Program-made: the position numbers and the translations under genes
Shown here: in pieces, positions 1 to 8,365 of the stretch
How the letters are laid out: the number at the start of each line of letters is the position of its first letter
Numbering within the stretch: the first letter of the stretch is position 1
DNA from: an uncultured Smithella sp.
Lineage (GTDB): Bacteria > Desulfobacterota > Syntrophia > Syntrophales > Smithellaceae
Direction: 5' to 3'
DNA: 64,000 nt
Assembly: GCA_964400795.1 (NCBI GenBank)
Contig: CAYNWA010000002.1
Coordinates: forward strand, 171,146-235,145
The notes under the pieces: generated by a model
Databases searched by the model: none
The model's input: only the letters and a program-made list of their open reading frames with translations
What the model was told of the DNA's origin: nothing

Positions 1-62
1 AGATCCAGATGCTGGTTATTGCAAGACGTATCCTGGACTATGGACGAGACATGCTTGCTTAA
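1..62 (+). CDS. 3' end of an unidentified CDS entering from the left edge (partial)
   Basis: Frame 3 is open from the edge to TAA at 60-62 (...IQMLVIARRILDYGRDMLA*) and is followed by a strong terminator hairpin. Frame 1 is also open to 64-66, so the frame choice is uncertain. Confidence 0.3.
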   Translation, partial: IQMLVIARRILDYGRDMLA

Positions 63-87
63 ATAATAGAAAAATATTGTCTTTCCA

Positions 88-127
88 AGGTGGCTTGCGT
101 GTAGAACACACAAGCCACCTTTTTTTA
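88..127 (+). terminator. Rho-independent terminator
   Basis: aggtggcttgcgtgt / acacacaagccacct stem (13 of 14 pairs, 5-nt loop) followed directly by tttttt at 121-126. Confidence 0.7.
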
Positions 128-293
128 CACAATTTCTTTACCCTGCCTATTTCAGTATAAGCAAAGAGGCCATTGGTGTTCTTTTCACTTTTTCAATGAG
201 GTAAAAATTAATTATCAACTGGATTTATGTCATGAAGTTATGCTATTTCTGCGCAAAATTAAATGTTTTTTGAATCAACATTGAAGGCTTTTT

Positions 294-1661
294 ATGAAAA
301 AACATATTTTAGTGATCGATGACGACGCCATTGCCTGTGAATTCCTGCAGGAAGCCCTTCGATTTGACGGCTATGATGTAATGGCTTGCACATCCGCTCT
401 GGAAGCACTTCAACAGGATCTTACTTCATTCGATCTGATTATGTCTGATATTCGCATGCCTAAAATGGACGGATTGGAATTCTTAAGCCAGGTACAAAAA
501 AATTTCCCGAATGTCCCGGTTATTATCATGACGGCGTATGGTGCCCTGGATACGACCATGGAAGCATTAAGTCTTGGCGCGTGGGATTATATCAGCAAGC
601 CTTTTTCTCCGGAAGATTGTCGCGCTATTGTCAAGAAAGTGCTCGATGTAAGAGACTTACGCGAACGACGCTTGAAATTTGACTCACCTGAAGCAGGCAC
701 AGAAGCAAAACTAATCGGTACGTCGGCGGCCATGGTGGAATTCTACAAGCAGATAGCGCGCATTGCCGACGCGCCGGCCAGCGTTCTCATCGAAGGGGAA
801 AGCGGAACAGGCAAGGAATTGACCGCCCGTTCCTTACACAACATGTCCTCACGCCGGAACAAGCCTTTTGTGGTCGTTCACTGTGGAGCCATTCCCGACA
901 ACTTACTGGAATCGGAACTTTTCGGTTACGAAAAAGGTTCTTTTACCGGTGCCAATCATCAACATGTCGGACTGCTGGAATCAGCGGAAGGCGGAACCGT
1001 ATTTCTGGATGAAATAACCGAAATGTCCACGGCTCTGCAAGGGAAATTCTTACGTTTCATGCAGGATGGCGAAGTAAGAAGAATCGGCGGGCACGAAGTG
1101 CGCCACACCACGGTTCGTGTGTTAGCGGCAGCGAATAAAAATATCAATGAAGAAGTCAACGCCGGGCGTTTTCGCATGGATCTCTTATACAGATTTATCG
1201 TCCGTTTGCGTATTCCGCCACTGAGGGAACATAAAGAAGATATTCCTTTGCTTGTTGAATCGTTACTGAAAAAATTCGGTTATACTAATGTCCGTATTTC
1301 CATGGAAGCGATGGAATTACTCATGGCCTATGACTGGCCGGGCAACGTGCGGGAAATGGAAAATACGCTTCAGCAGACTTTGTTACTTTCACCTTTCGCG
1401 GTCATTCTCCCGGAAAATCTGCCGAAACGTTTTTCACAAAAAGAAGGCGCAAGGGAAGAAACAACATCCCAAGACATGTCACCGCTGGAAACAGTGGAAC
1501 GGGACAAAATACTGCAGATACTTAAAGAGACTTCATGGAATCAATCCAAAGCAGCGCAACTTCTGGATATTGACCGCAAAACGTTACGGATGAAAATCCG
1601 ACGCTACGGTTTGCAGGAAGAAAAAAATAACTCGAATGGAAAACCTGCGGCTAAACATTGA
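294..1661 (+). CDS. Sigma-54-dependent response regulator (NtrC family bacterial enhancer-binding protein)
   Basis: N-terminal receiver domain; AAA+ sigma-54 interaction domain with Walker A GESGTGKE and a GAFTGA-type loop (GSFTGA); C-terminal Fis-type HTH (WNQSKAAQLLDIDRKTLRMKIRRYG). Confidence 0.9.
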   Translation: MKKHILVIDDDAIACEFLQEALRFDGYDVMACTSALEALQQDLTSFDLIMSDIRMPKMDGLEFLSQVQKNFPNVPVIIMTAYGALDTTMEALSLGAWDYISKPFSPEDCRAIVKKVLDVRDLRERRLKFDSPEAGTEAKLIGTSAAMVEFYKQIARIADAPASVLIEGESGTGKELTARSLHNMSSRRNKPFVVVHCGAIPDNLLESELFGYEKGSFTGANHQHVGLLESAEGGTVFLDEITEMSTALQGKFLRFMQDGEVRRIGGHEVRHTTVRVLAAANKNINEEVNAGRFRMDLLYRFIVRLRIPPLREHKEDIPLLVESLLKKFGYTNVRISMEAMELLMAYDWPGNVREMENTLQQTLLLSPFAVILPENLPKRFSQKEGAREETTSQDMSPLETVERDKILQILKETSWNQSKAAQLLDIDRKTLRMKIRRYGLQEEKNNSNGKPAAKH

Positions 1662-1703
1662 AAGCCGGACTTTTTAGAAAGAATACTTATTCCCGCTTCA
1701 ATT

Positions 1704-3257
1704 TCATGTAGAAGACTTGTCATCATCTTTAAATATCGGCAAATAAAGAATAATGGAAGTTCCTTGACCGGGAGAACTCTTTATCTCCATTTTACCGCCA
1801 TGGGTTTTTATGATGTCGCGAACAATTGCCAGTCCCAGTCCGCGCATGCCTTCATCCTGTCTTGTGCTGAAAAATGGTTCACACACTTTTTCAATCAAAT
1901 CAGGAGTCATTCCCGTACCGTTATCTCTTATGGTTATTGTCACAACACCATCGGACAAAACGGTTTTTGCCGTTATCGTTATTTCTCCTACTTGCGGCAT
2001 GGCTTCCAGCGCGTTTTGGATGACGTTCATTAGAGCGGTTTGAATACGGTAACGATCCACATAGAGACAGCCAGTCCCTTCACTGATATCGACCTTTATC
2101 CTGACTTTACTTTTACTGATGAAAGGTTCCACCAGAGGAAGTGTCTCACTGAGAATCTGTTGAACGGTCAACACTTCAAAACGCGGTTCGGGGAGGCGCG
2201 TTGCCCTGCGTACGTTTTGAATGATATTATCCAGGCGCTGCGTCTGCTGAACAATCAGATTCAGTTTATGTTCCACATCCTGAGGCCATCCTCCGCGTTC
2301 CAGAAGAAGTTTGGCCAGACCGCCTATGGAATGAAGGGGAGTTCCTAAATCATGGGCCAGGTTAGCTGTCAGTTGCCCCAGAGTGGTCAACTGCTTCAAA
2401 TCGGCAACCTGTTTTTGCAACTGCACAACATTTAACGTTTCTTCACGGACACGATCTTCCAAATGTTTGTTGAGTTCCAGATTTCTTTTCATGACGTCCT
2501 GAATTTCATCAGCCATCTCGTTAAAGTGTTTGGAAATCTGCCCCCACTCATCACTATGAACAGTTGGAATCCGGTTTACATATTGGCCTTTCTGAAACTC
2601 ATCGATGGTTTGAATAATCAGATTCAAAGGCTTGCCGATGATCCAGCGATAACTCAATCCCAATACCATAAGAATGAGAATCAATAATCCCGCACTGCTG
2701 AAAATCAGCAGAATTCGCGCTGTATTCATAATCTCCGTATTCGAACGGGAAAAGCCTATGGCGCCTATGACGATTTTTGATCCTTTTACATCTCCAGAAA
2801 CGGGATAAAGTAGTCCCAGAGCGGGACCGCTTTCCGTATCAATCTTTTTATAAATTGGCTTATTCACGCTTACCGCGGAAGCGACAAGACTGTCAGGCCA
2901 TTCGTACTGGACACGGCCTGCTCCTGCCACATAATCAACATTTTTATGTCTGGTATCAAAAATATCTATTCTTGCCAGACGCACATCACTCTGGATATGA
3001 TCTTTAAGGGCTGAATCAAGAGCTCTCAGGCCGCGCCTTGTCGGAAAGTACTGATAAAAGGTACTGACTGTTTCCGCAACATCTTCCAGTCTTTTCACCT
3101 GCTGATCAACCAGTATCTTATCCAGAGCGGTCAGTTGAATGATTCCCCAGATAGCCATGGTCATAGCAAGGCCGGAAATAATAAGAATCATCATTCGTAC
3201 CCGGACTGTCAGCTTATCGTTGAAATTGATCGCATTCAGGAAAAGTTTTTTAAACAT
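1704..3257 (-). CDS. Sensor histidine kinase (two TM segments, periplasmic sensor, HAMP, HisKA, HATPase)
   Basis: TM-periplasmic-TM architecture, HAMP-like linker, H-box LAHDLGTPLHS, ATPase N/G boxes (NALEAM, RDNGTGM, GLGLAIV). Convergent with the response regulator. Confidence 0.85.
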   Translation of the reverse strand: MFKKLFLNAINFNDKLTVRVRMMILIISGLAMTMAIWGIIQLTALDKILVDQQVKRLEDVAETVSTFYQYFPTRRGLRALDSALKDHIQSDVRLARIDIFDTRHKNVDYVAGAGRVQYEWPDSLVASAVSVNKPIYKKIDTESGPALGLLYPVSGDVKGSKIVIGAIGFSRSNTEIMNTARILLIFSSAGLLILILMVLGLSYRWIIGKPLNLIIQTIDEFQKGQYVNRIPTVHSDEWGQISKHFNEMADEIQDVMKRNLELNKHLEDRVREETLNVVQLQKQVADLKQLTTLGQLTANLAHDLGTPLHSIGGLAKLLLERGGWPQDVEHKLNLIVQQTQRLDNIIQNVRRATRLPEPRFEVLTVQQILSETLPLVEPFISKSKVRIKVDISEGTGCLYVDRYRIQTALMNVIQNALEAMPQVGEITITAKTVLSDGVVTITIRDNGTGMTPDLIEKVCEPFFSTRQDEGMRGLGLAIVRDIIKTHGGKMEIKSSPGQGTSIILYLPIFKDDDKSST

Positions 3258-3290
3258 ATATAAAATATATCAAATAAATCAATAATTAAC

Positions 3291-3329
3291 CAGAAAACAA
3301 AGAAGGGACAGGAGATACCTGTCCCTTCT
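3291..3329 (-). terminator. Rho-independent terminator downstream of the two small secreted-protein genes
   Basis: agaagggacagg / cctgtcccttct 12-bp stem with 5-nt loop. On the minus strand it is followed by tttgttttc. Confidence 0.6.
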
Positions 3330-3356
3330 TTTGAAAACCATGAAGTTCTTTCCGGC

Positions 3357-3623
3357 TTATTTGGCAGCAGGAGCTTCTTCAGCTTTTTCTTCACCTTTGG
3401 CTTTGGCTTTCGCTTTGGCTTTTCCTTTACCTTTGACTTTAGCTTTAGCCAAGGTCTTGTCTTTTGCATCGTCTTTCTTTGCGTCATCGTTTTTGACGTC
3501 GTCTTTCTTGACATCAGCCTTTGTAGCGGGTGCGGCGGCGGGTGCAGCAGCTTTCTCAACTGCTATGGCCGTCATGGAAAATGCGAAAACCAATGCAACA
3601 ACTAACAATACTAAACGCTTCAT
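3357..3623 (-). CDS. Small secreted Lys/Ala/Asp-rich low-complexity protein (88 aa)
   Basis: Strong SD aaggagg 8 nt upstream of the ATG. Signal peptide MKRLVLLVVALVFAFSMTAIA, then the repetitive DVKKDDVKNDDAKKDDAKDK and AKAKVKGKGKAKAKAKAKG. The antisense ORF 3331..3648 is judged a shadow ORF. Confidence 0.6.
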   Translation of the reverse strand: MKRLVLLVVALVFAFSMTAIAVEKAAAPAAAPATKADVKKDDVKNDDAKKDDAKDKTLAKAKVKGKGKAKAKAKAKGEEKAEEAPAAK

Positions 3624-3700
3624 CCTAAAATCCTCCTTCTTAATTTAACATTTTATTTTTATACCACCCTCATAAACGAGGGACTCCAACCAAACTGCAA

Positions 3701-4084
3701 TTATTTTTTACCCGGAACCGGTCTCATGTCTGCCGGTTTAATTCCTTTATTTTTCAAAGTGACTTTGGATATTTTAGATGCGATCAGACTCCCATCTTTT
3801 TCAACATAATCTATTTTCACCATGTCACTTATAGCAATGTCGGCAGCCGGTCTTTCCAGAGCAAATTCCATCGTTTCGATATCGCCTTTCAAGGCGCGTT
3901 CAATTTTAATAAGTTCTCCTGAAATTTCGATAACCTTCCCTGTTGCATGCATTTTTGCGGCTTTGACAATATTTGTCTTCGCCTCATTAGCCTTTACGGA
4001 AGGAACAGGTTTCTCAACTGCAAAAACCAAACTTGAGAACAGAAAAAAAACAGCAACGATAATCAACAAAGACTTATTCATCAT
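3701..4084 (-). CDS. Small secreted protein of unknown function (127 aa)
   Basis: Signal peptide MMNKSLLIIVAVFFLFSSLVFA. ATG at 4084 is preceded by gagg. The ORF-track start 4123 is a TTG inside the predicted sigma-54 promoter, so the shorter start was chosen. Confidence 0.65.
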   Translation of the reverse strand: MMNKSLLIIVAVFFLFSSLVFAVEKPVPSVKANEAKTNIVKAAKMHATGKVIEISGELIKIERALKGDIETMEFALERPAADIAISDMVKIDYVEKDGSLIASKISKVTLKNKGIKPADMRPVPGKK

Positions 4085-4118
4085 GACCTGCCTCAAAAAG
4101 ATTTCTGCGACGCGTAAC

Positions 4119-4134
4119 AGCAACTAATATGCCA
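4119..4134 (-). promoter_or_regulatory. Sigma-54 (-24/-12) promoter
   Basis: Minus-strand sequence TGGCATattagTTGCT matches TGGCAC-N5-TTGCW, with GG and GC at the canonical spacing. It lies about 35 nt upstream of the ATG at 4084. Confidence 0.65.
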
Positions 4135-4332
4135 GCAGAAACATATAATAAATTGATCTCTATATTATTGAAATTATAGATAAATTATTTTACGCTGCAA
4201 ATATTCACAATTTTTTTATAGAGATTGAACAATAAGTCCCCAGCGATGGGGATTTACTCCCCTCCCTTATTGAAAGATTGACCATCCGTATCTTTTCATG
4301 TTACGCGCACAGATGCGCTTAAGTGAAAATTC

Positions 4333-5679
4333 ATGAAAAAAGAAGAGAAACAAAACGATATTATTGTGGTCGGCGGCGGAGCCGCAGGCTTCATGGCGGC
4401 GGGACGTGCGGCCGAACTCGGTGCCAACGTGTTGCTTTTGGAAAAAACAGATGGCTGCGGCAAAAAAATTCTGGTTAGCGGCAAGACGCGATGTAACCTA
4501 ACCAATTCGGCAGACTTAAAAAATTTCATTTCCATGTACGGTAACAACGGTCGTTTTCTTTTCAGCGCTTTTCATAATTTTTTCCGCCCGGAATTGCTTG
4601 ATTTTTTTAATAACCATGGCCTGTCCACCAAGGTGGAACGGGGCGGAAGAATCTTTCCCGTTTCTGATAATGCAAATGATGTCCTCCGCGTTTTTAAAAA
4701 ATATCTTTCCGTTAATCATGTTGAAGTAAAACTAAACACTAAAGTAAAGGACGTTATAACAAAAAACAATGCGGTATGCGGAATTATAACAGAACATACA
4801 AATTATCCCTGCAAATCCGTTATTCTGGCCACAGGAGGAGCATCCTGGCCTTCCACAGGTTCTACCGGTGACGGCTATAAAATGAGCGCCTCGCTTGGAC
4901 ACACGATAGTAAAACTAAAACCGGCCCTGGTGCCTTTGATTGTGTATGAGCAGAAACTTGCGCAATCGATGCAGGGAGTGAGTCTGCGCAATGTCCGTGC
5001 AACGGCTTTTCAGGGAGCAGCAGAATCCATCGACTCCAAACTAACCCCGGACTGTGTTTACGGACGTGGACAACAAAAACACCCCCATCCTCCCGTAATC
5101 GAAAGCCGTTTCGGAGAAATGCTTTTTACTCATTTCGGATTGGGCGGACCGATTATTTTGCTGATAAGTCTGGCCGTTGTTGAAGCACTGGGAAAAGGGC
5201 CCGTATCAATACTCATCGATTTAAAGCCGGCCTTGACCAGAGAGCAACTGCATAAGCGATTGCAAAGGGATATGGATAAATCCAGCAAAAGAAAAATTGC
5301 CGGTATCATAAAAGACTACCTGCCCCATAAGATGATTGAGCCGTTTATTGAACTGACCGGCATTGATCAGGAAAAGCTTGCTCACCAGATTACTGCCACT
5401 GAAAGAGGAAAAATTGTCGAACTTTTCAAAGCTCTGCGCTTCAACATCAAATCACCTCTGGCACTGGAAAAAGCAATCGTTACCGCGGGCGGTGTCTCAC
5501 TTTCAGAAATAGATCAGCGCACAATGGCTTCCAAACGAATCAAAGGATTGTACTTTTGCGGAGAGGTGATGGATATTGACGCCGACACCGGCGGATTTAA
5601 TCTACAAGCCGCTTTCTCCACCGGTTATCTGGCGGGCGAAAAAGCAGCTGAATATGCAGCAAGTTCAAATCAAAAATAA
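4333..5679 (+). CDS. HI0933-family NAD(P)/FAD-dependent oxidoreductase (BaiN/aminoacetone-oxidase-like flavoprotein)
   Basis: IIVVGGGAAGFMAA FAD fold followed by GKKILVSGKTRCNLTN, and the C-terminal CGEVMDIDADTGGFNLQ motif typical of the family. Confidence 0.85.
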   Translation: MKKEEKQNDIIVVGGGAAGFMAAGRAAELGANVLLLEKTDGCGKKILVSGKTRCNLTNSADLKNFISMYGNNGRFLFSAFHNFFRPELLDFFNNHGLSTKVERGGRIFPVSDNANDVLRVFKKYLSVNHVEVKLNTKVKDVITKNNAVCGIITEHTNYPCKSVILATGGASWPSTGSTGDGYKMSASLGHTIVKLKPALVPLIVYEQKLAQSMQGVSLRNVRATAFQGAAESIDSKLTPDCVYGRGQQKHPHPPVIESRFGEMLFTHFGLGGPIILLISLAVVEALGKGPVSILIDLKPALTREQLHKRLQRDMDKSSKRKIAGIIKDYLPHKMIEPFIELTGIDQEKLAHQITATERGKIVELFKALRFNIKSPLALEKAIVTAGGVSLSEIDQRTMASKRIKGLYFCGEVMDIDADTGGFNLQAAFSTGYLAGEKAAEYAASSNQK

Positions 5680-5746
5680 TTCTGTTGAACGTTAGATGCC
5701 GACAGCCCCAGTCTTCGTGTCTTAATTATCCTTCATGTCATTTCGA

Positions 5747-5825
5747 CCCGGCGCATGCCGGGGAGAAATTTTTCTTAATTATGATATCAAAGATTAAGAT
5801 TCCTCGCGTACGCTCGGAATGACAT
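5747..5825. repeat. REP-like palindromic intergenic repeat (family 1), inverted pair
   Basis: gtcatttcgacccggcgcatgccgggg ... gattcctcgcgtacgctcggaatgac. GTCAT/ATGAC ends flank short GC hairpins. Confidence 0.6.
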
Positions 5826-5891
5826 CTGCCCTAATTGTGACTCGCCGGGATAGGTTGTGCCAAAAAAGTTATCTAAAGAAGAAACGTGGTA

Positions 5892-6248
5892 TTACAGCTC
5901 CGGAACACCTGACGGTATGATACACGCAAAAATCAGTTTTTCACTACCCGTATTTCTAACCTGATGTTCTTCACCGAGCGGCATGAAAACAACATTTCCC
6001 GCCTGCAAAGGATTCCATTTGCCGTTACCGTATATTTCACCGGCGCCGGAATGAATAAACATTTCGTGCTCCCAGGGATGAGTGTGCTTTGGCGTATATC
6101 CTCCTGGAGCGACTTCAAAAACACGCATGCAAAAATTATTCGCGCTGTCAGCCTTACCCGCGACCACTCGTCCGGCAACTCCTTTCGCTGTACCGCCATT
6201 AAATTTAGTCGGTGAAACGGATGTATAATTTATTAATTTCATGGCCAC
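5892..6248 (-). CDS. Cupin domain protein
   Basis: 118 aa with cupin metal motifs (GGYTPKHTHPWEHE ... GNVVFMPLGEEHQVRN). SD agaggtgg. Confidence 0.8.
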   Translation of the reverse strand: MAMKLINYTSVSPTKFNGGTAKGVAGRVVAGKADSANNFCMRVFEVAPGGYTPKHTHPWEHEMFIHSGAGEIYGNGKWNPLQAGNVVFMPLGEEHQVRNTGSEKLIFACIIPSGVPEL

Positions 6249-6256
6249 CTCTTGTT

Positions 6257-7615
6257 TTAATCAGTTAAATGTGCAAATACTTCACTTAGCGTCGGATGCG
6301 GCATCACCCAGTTGCGCAGTTGCTTTTTGGTCATTTCATTCGAAACCGCCAGTGTCAGAGGCGAGATAAGTTCGGCGGCTTTTTCGCCTACGATTGTCGC
6401 ACCGATAAACTTACCCTGATGAAAAATCGCTTTCACAAAACCCTGCCCCATCAATTCCGCACGGGCAATGATATTGGCACTGTATGGTGATTTGACAACT
6501 TCTACCGCCAGACCTTCATCTTCCGCGCGTTTTTGCGTATAACCCACACGTGCGATCTGCGGATGACTGTAAACAACGGAAGGAATAAAATTTTCGTTAT
6601 AGGGAAAGTCTCCATTGCCAAAGATATTTTGTGCGGCATATTTTGCCTGTTGCATCGCCCGGTGCGCCAGCATCATGCCACCGGTTACGTCGCCAATCGC
6701 GTATATGCCGGGAACATTCGTCATCATATTTGAATCAACCTTGATTCCGGCTTTTGTATATTCGAGACCCAGCTTGTCCAACTCGTCCGTATTCAACAGA
6801 GGCTTTCTTCCGGTACAAAGAAGCGCACAGTCGACGCTGATTTCCAATTGTTTGCCGTCTTTTTGAGCAACCATAACAACCGAGTTGCCTGTATCTTTCA
6901 GGCTTTCCAGTTTTGTAGAAGTATGTATGGTAACACCTAGGCGGGCTAATTCCTGTTTAAATAAATCAGCACATTCCTGATCCTCAAGGGGAATAATCCT
7001 GTCCAGTATTTCCACGATGGTTACTTTCGAGCCCAGCTCGGCAAAGAAGGTGGCGAACTCAACACCGATCACACTGCCGCCGACAATGATGATGCTCGCC
7101 GGAAGCGTATTTAAATTCAAAATGCCGTCCGATGTTAGAATTCTTTCGGAAAGACTGATTCCCGGAAGCACCTGCGGCACGGAGCCCCAGGCAATCATTA
7201 TATTTTGAGTTGATAAATTTTCGCTCTTGCCTGATGCATCGGTAAAACGAACTTCCGATGGAGAAATAATTTCGCCAACCCCCTGTTTGTTTTCCACTCC
7301 GGCATCGGTAAGCAGTTTTTGCGCGCCGAGAGCCGAGACCTTCACAATCTGCTGCTGATGTTTTTTAATGGCGGAAAAATCAACAGACGCCTCCGCAATA
7401 TTTATTCCCATTCTCTTCAGTTTTTTCAAATCCGTGTAATACTTGCTACACGAAAGCAGCGCTTTGGTCGGAATACAGCCCCGGTGTGTGCAGGTGCCGC
7501 CCCAGCCGTTCTTTTCAATAATGAGAACTCTTTTTTTCTTGGCCGCGGCAACTTCCGCCGCCGCCAGTCCCCCCGGTCCCCCACCAATTATTATCAAATC
7601 ATATTTTTCAGACAT
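6257..7615 (-). CDS. lpd: Dihydrolipoyl dehydrogenase (E3 / L-protein)
   Basis: GGGPGG FAD fold, redox-active disulfide GGTCTHRGCIPTK, NAD fold GGSVIGVEF, C-terminal HPTLSE interface motif. Confidence 0.9.
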   Translation of the reverse strand: MSEKYDLIIIGGGPGGLAAAEVAAAKKKRVLIIEKNGWGGTCTHRGCIPTKALLSCSKYYTDLKKLKRMGINIAEASVDFSAIKKHQQQIVKVSALGAQKLLTDAGVENKQGVGEIISPSEVRFTDASGKSENLSTQNIMIAWGSVPQVLPGISLSERILTSDGILNLNTLPASIIIVGGSVIGVEFATFFAELGSKVTIVEILDRIIPLEDQECADLFKQELARLGVTIHTSTKLESLKDTGNSVVMVAQKDGKQLEISVDCALLCTGRKPLLNTDELDKLGLEYTKAGIKVDSNMMTNVPGIYAIGDVTGGMMLAHRAMQQAKYAAQNIFGNGDFPYNENFIPSVVYSHPQIARVGYTQKRAEDEGLAVEVVKSPYSANIIARAELMGQGFVKAIFHQGKFIGATIVGEKAAELISPLTLAVSNEMTKKQLRNWVMPHPTLSEVFAHLTD

Positions 7616-7694
7616 TAATTTATCTCACTAAGTTGTTTTGAGAAGGTGAAAATTCATTTTTTAAATTAATCATGGCCGATCTTCTTTTATTCTT

Positions 7695-8168
7695 CTATGG
7701 ATTTATTCCACATTTTTTTAGTTCATCAATAAAATTATCATAATTCAATAATTGGCAATCTTGTAAGACTATTTTACCACTCTTTAACATCTTTTTATCA
7801 TTTGTAACTAATACGAAGTCCTGATTTTGTTGACAAAGAACTATTATAGAGTAATCTTCTGATGAAATATTATTTCCAATAATAACAGATATTTCATTAT
7901 TTTCTTTTTTTATGAATCTATTTTCCTTATCAGGTTTATTGACTATAGTAGATGGATTATTAATAATGTGTTTCAATATTTTTTTATACTTGTCAAAAAC
8001 TTTTGGGAAAAATTGTTCTAATTCACCACGACCTTTTGTCAATTCAACAATTGAGTCATTGGTAATTTTATAATCAATCTCCTGATTATTATCCAATAAG
8101 TCAAATAGATATGGAGTATCTTTCCATATTTTTATAACAATGTTCGTATCTAGTATGTAAGTTTTCAT
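7695..8168 (-). CDS. PIN-domain protein (VapC-like putative toxin ribonuclease)
   Basis: ILDTN at the N-terminus, then the acidic positions IVELT, SSEDY and LVTNDKK in PIN-like order. Visibly AT-rich compared with its neighbours. Confidence 0.7.
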   Translation of the reverse strand: MKTYILDTNIVIKIWKDTPYLFDLLDNNQEIDYKITNDSIVELTKGRGELEQFFPKVFDKYKKILKHIINNPSTIVNKPDKENRFIKKENNEISVIIGNNISSEDYSIIVLCQQNQDFVLVTNDKKMLKSGKIVLQDCQLLNYDNFIDELKKCGINP

Positions 8169-8275
8169 TTACGATTGTTAGTATTGATCTCTATTGTATT
8201 AAGTATATTTTGGACTTTCTTTTGAAGACTATTAACGAAAATAAAAGTGACGGTTCTATTTATTTGCATTTTCAT
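8165..8275 (-). CDS. Candidate 36-aa upstream partner ORF of the PIN gene (possible mini-antitoxin)
   Basis: MKMQINRTVTFIFVNSLQKKVQNILNTIEINTNNRK. Its TGA overlaps the PIN ATG (ATGA), the classic TA coupling. No recognisable family; too short for the ORF track. Confidence 0.3.
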   Translation of the reverse strand: MKMQINRTVTFIFVNSLQKKVQNILNTIEINTNNRK

Positions 8276-8283
8276 TACACCAT

Positions 8284-8365
8284 CCATCATCCACTATCCA
8301 CTATCCACTATCCACTATTCACCATTCACCATTCACCATTCACTATTCACTATTCACTATTCACC
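8284..8365. repeat. Heptanucleotide tandem array (about 11.5 units)
   Basis: ccatcat, 4x CCACTAT, 3x TCACCAT, 3x TCACTAT, then TCACC. It fills the gap between the lipA stop codon (inside the last unit) and the mini-ORF start. Confidence 0.9.

Noticed and set aside
8284-8365. CRISPR array
   Set aside because: The units are 7 nt with no spacers, so this is a microsatellite-type tandem repeat. No cas genes are present in the window.
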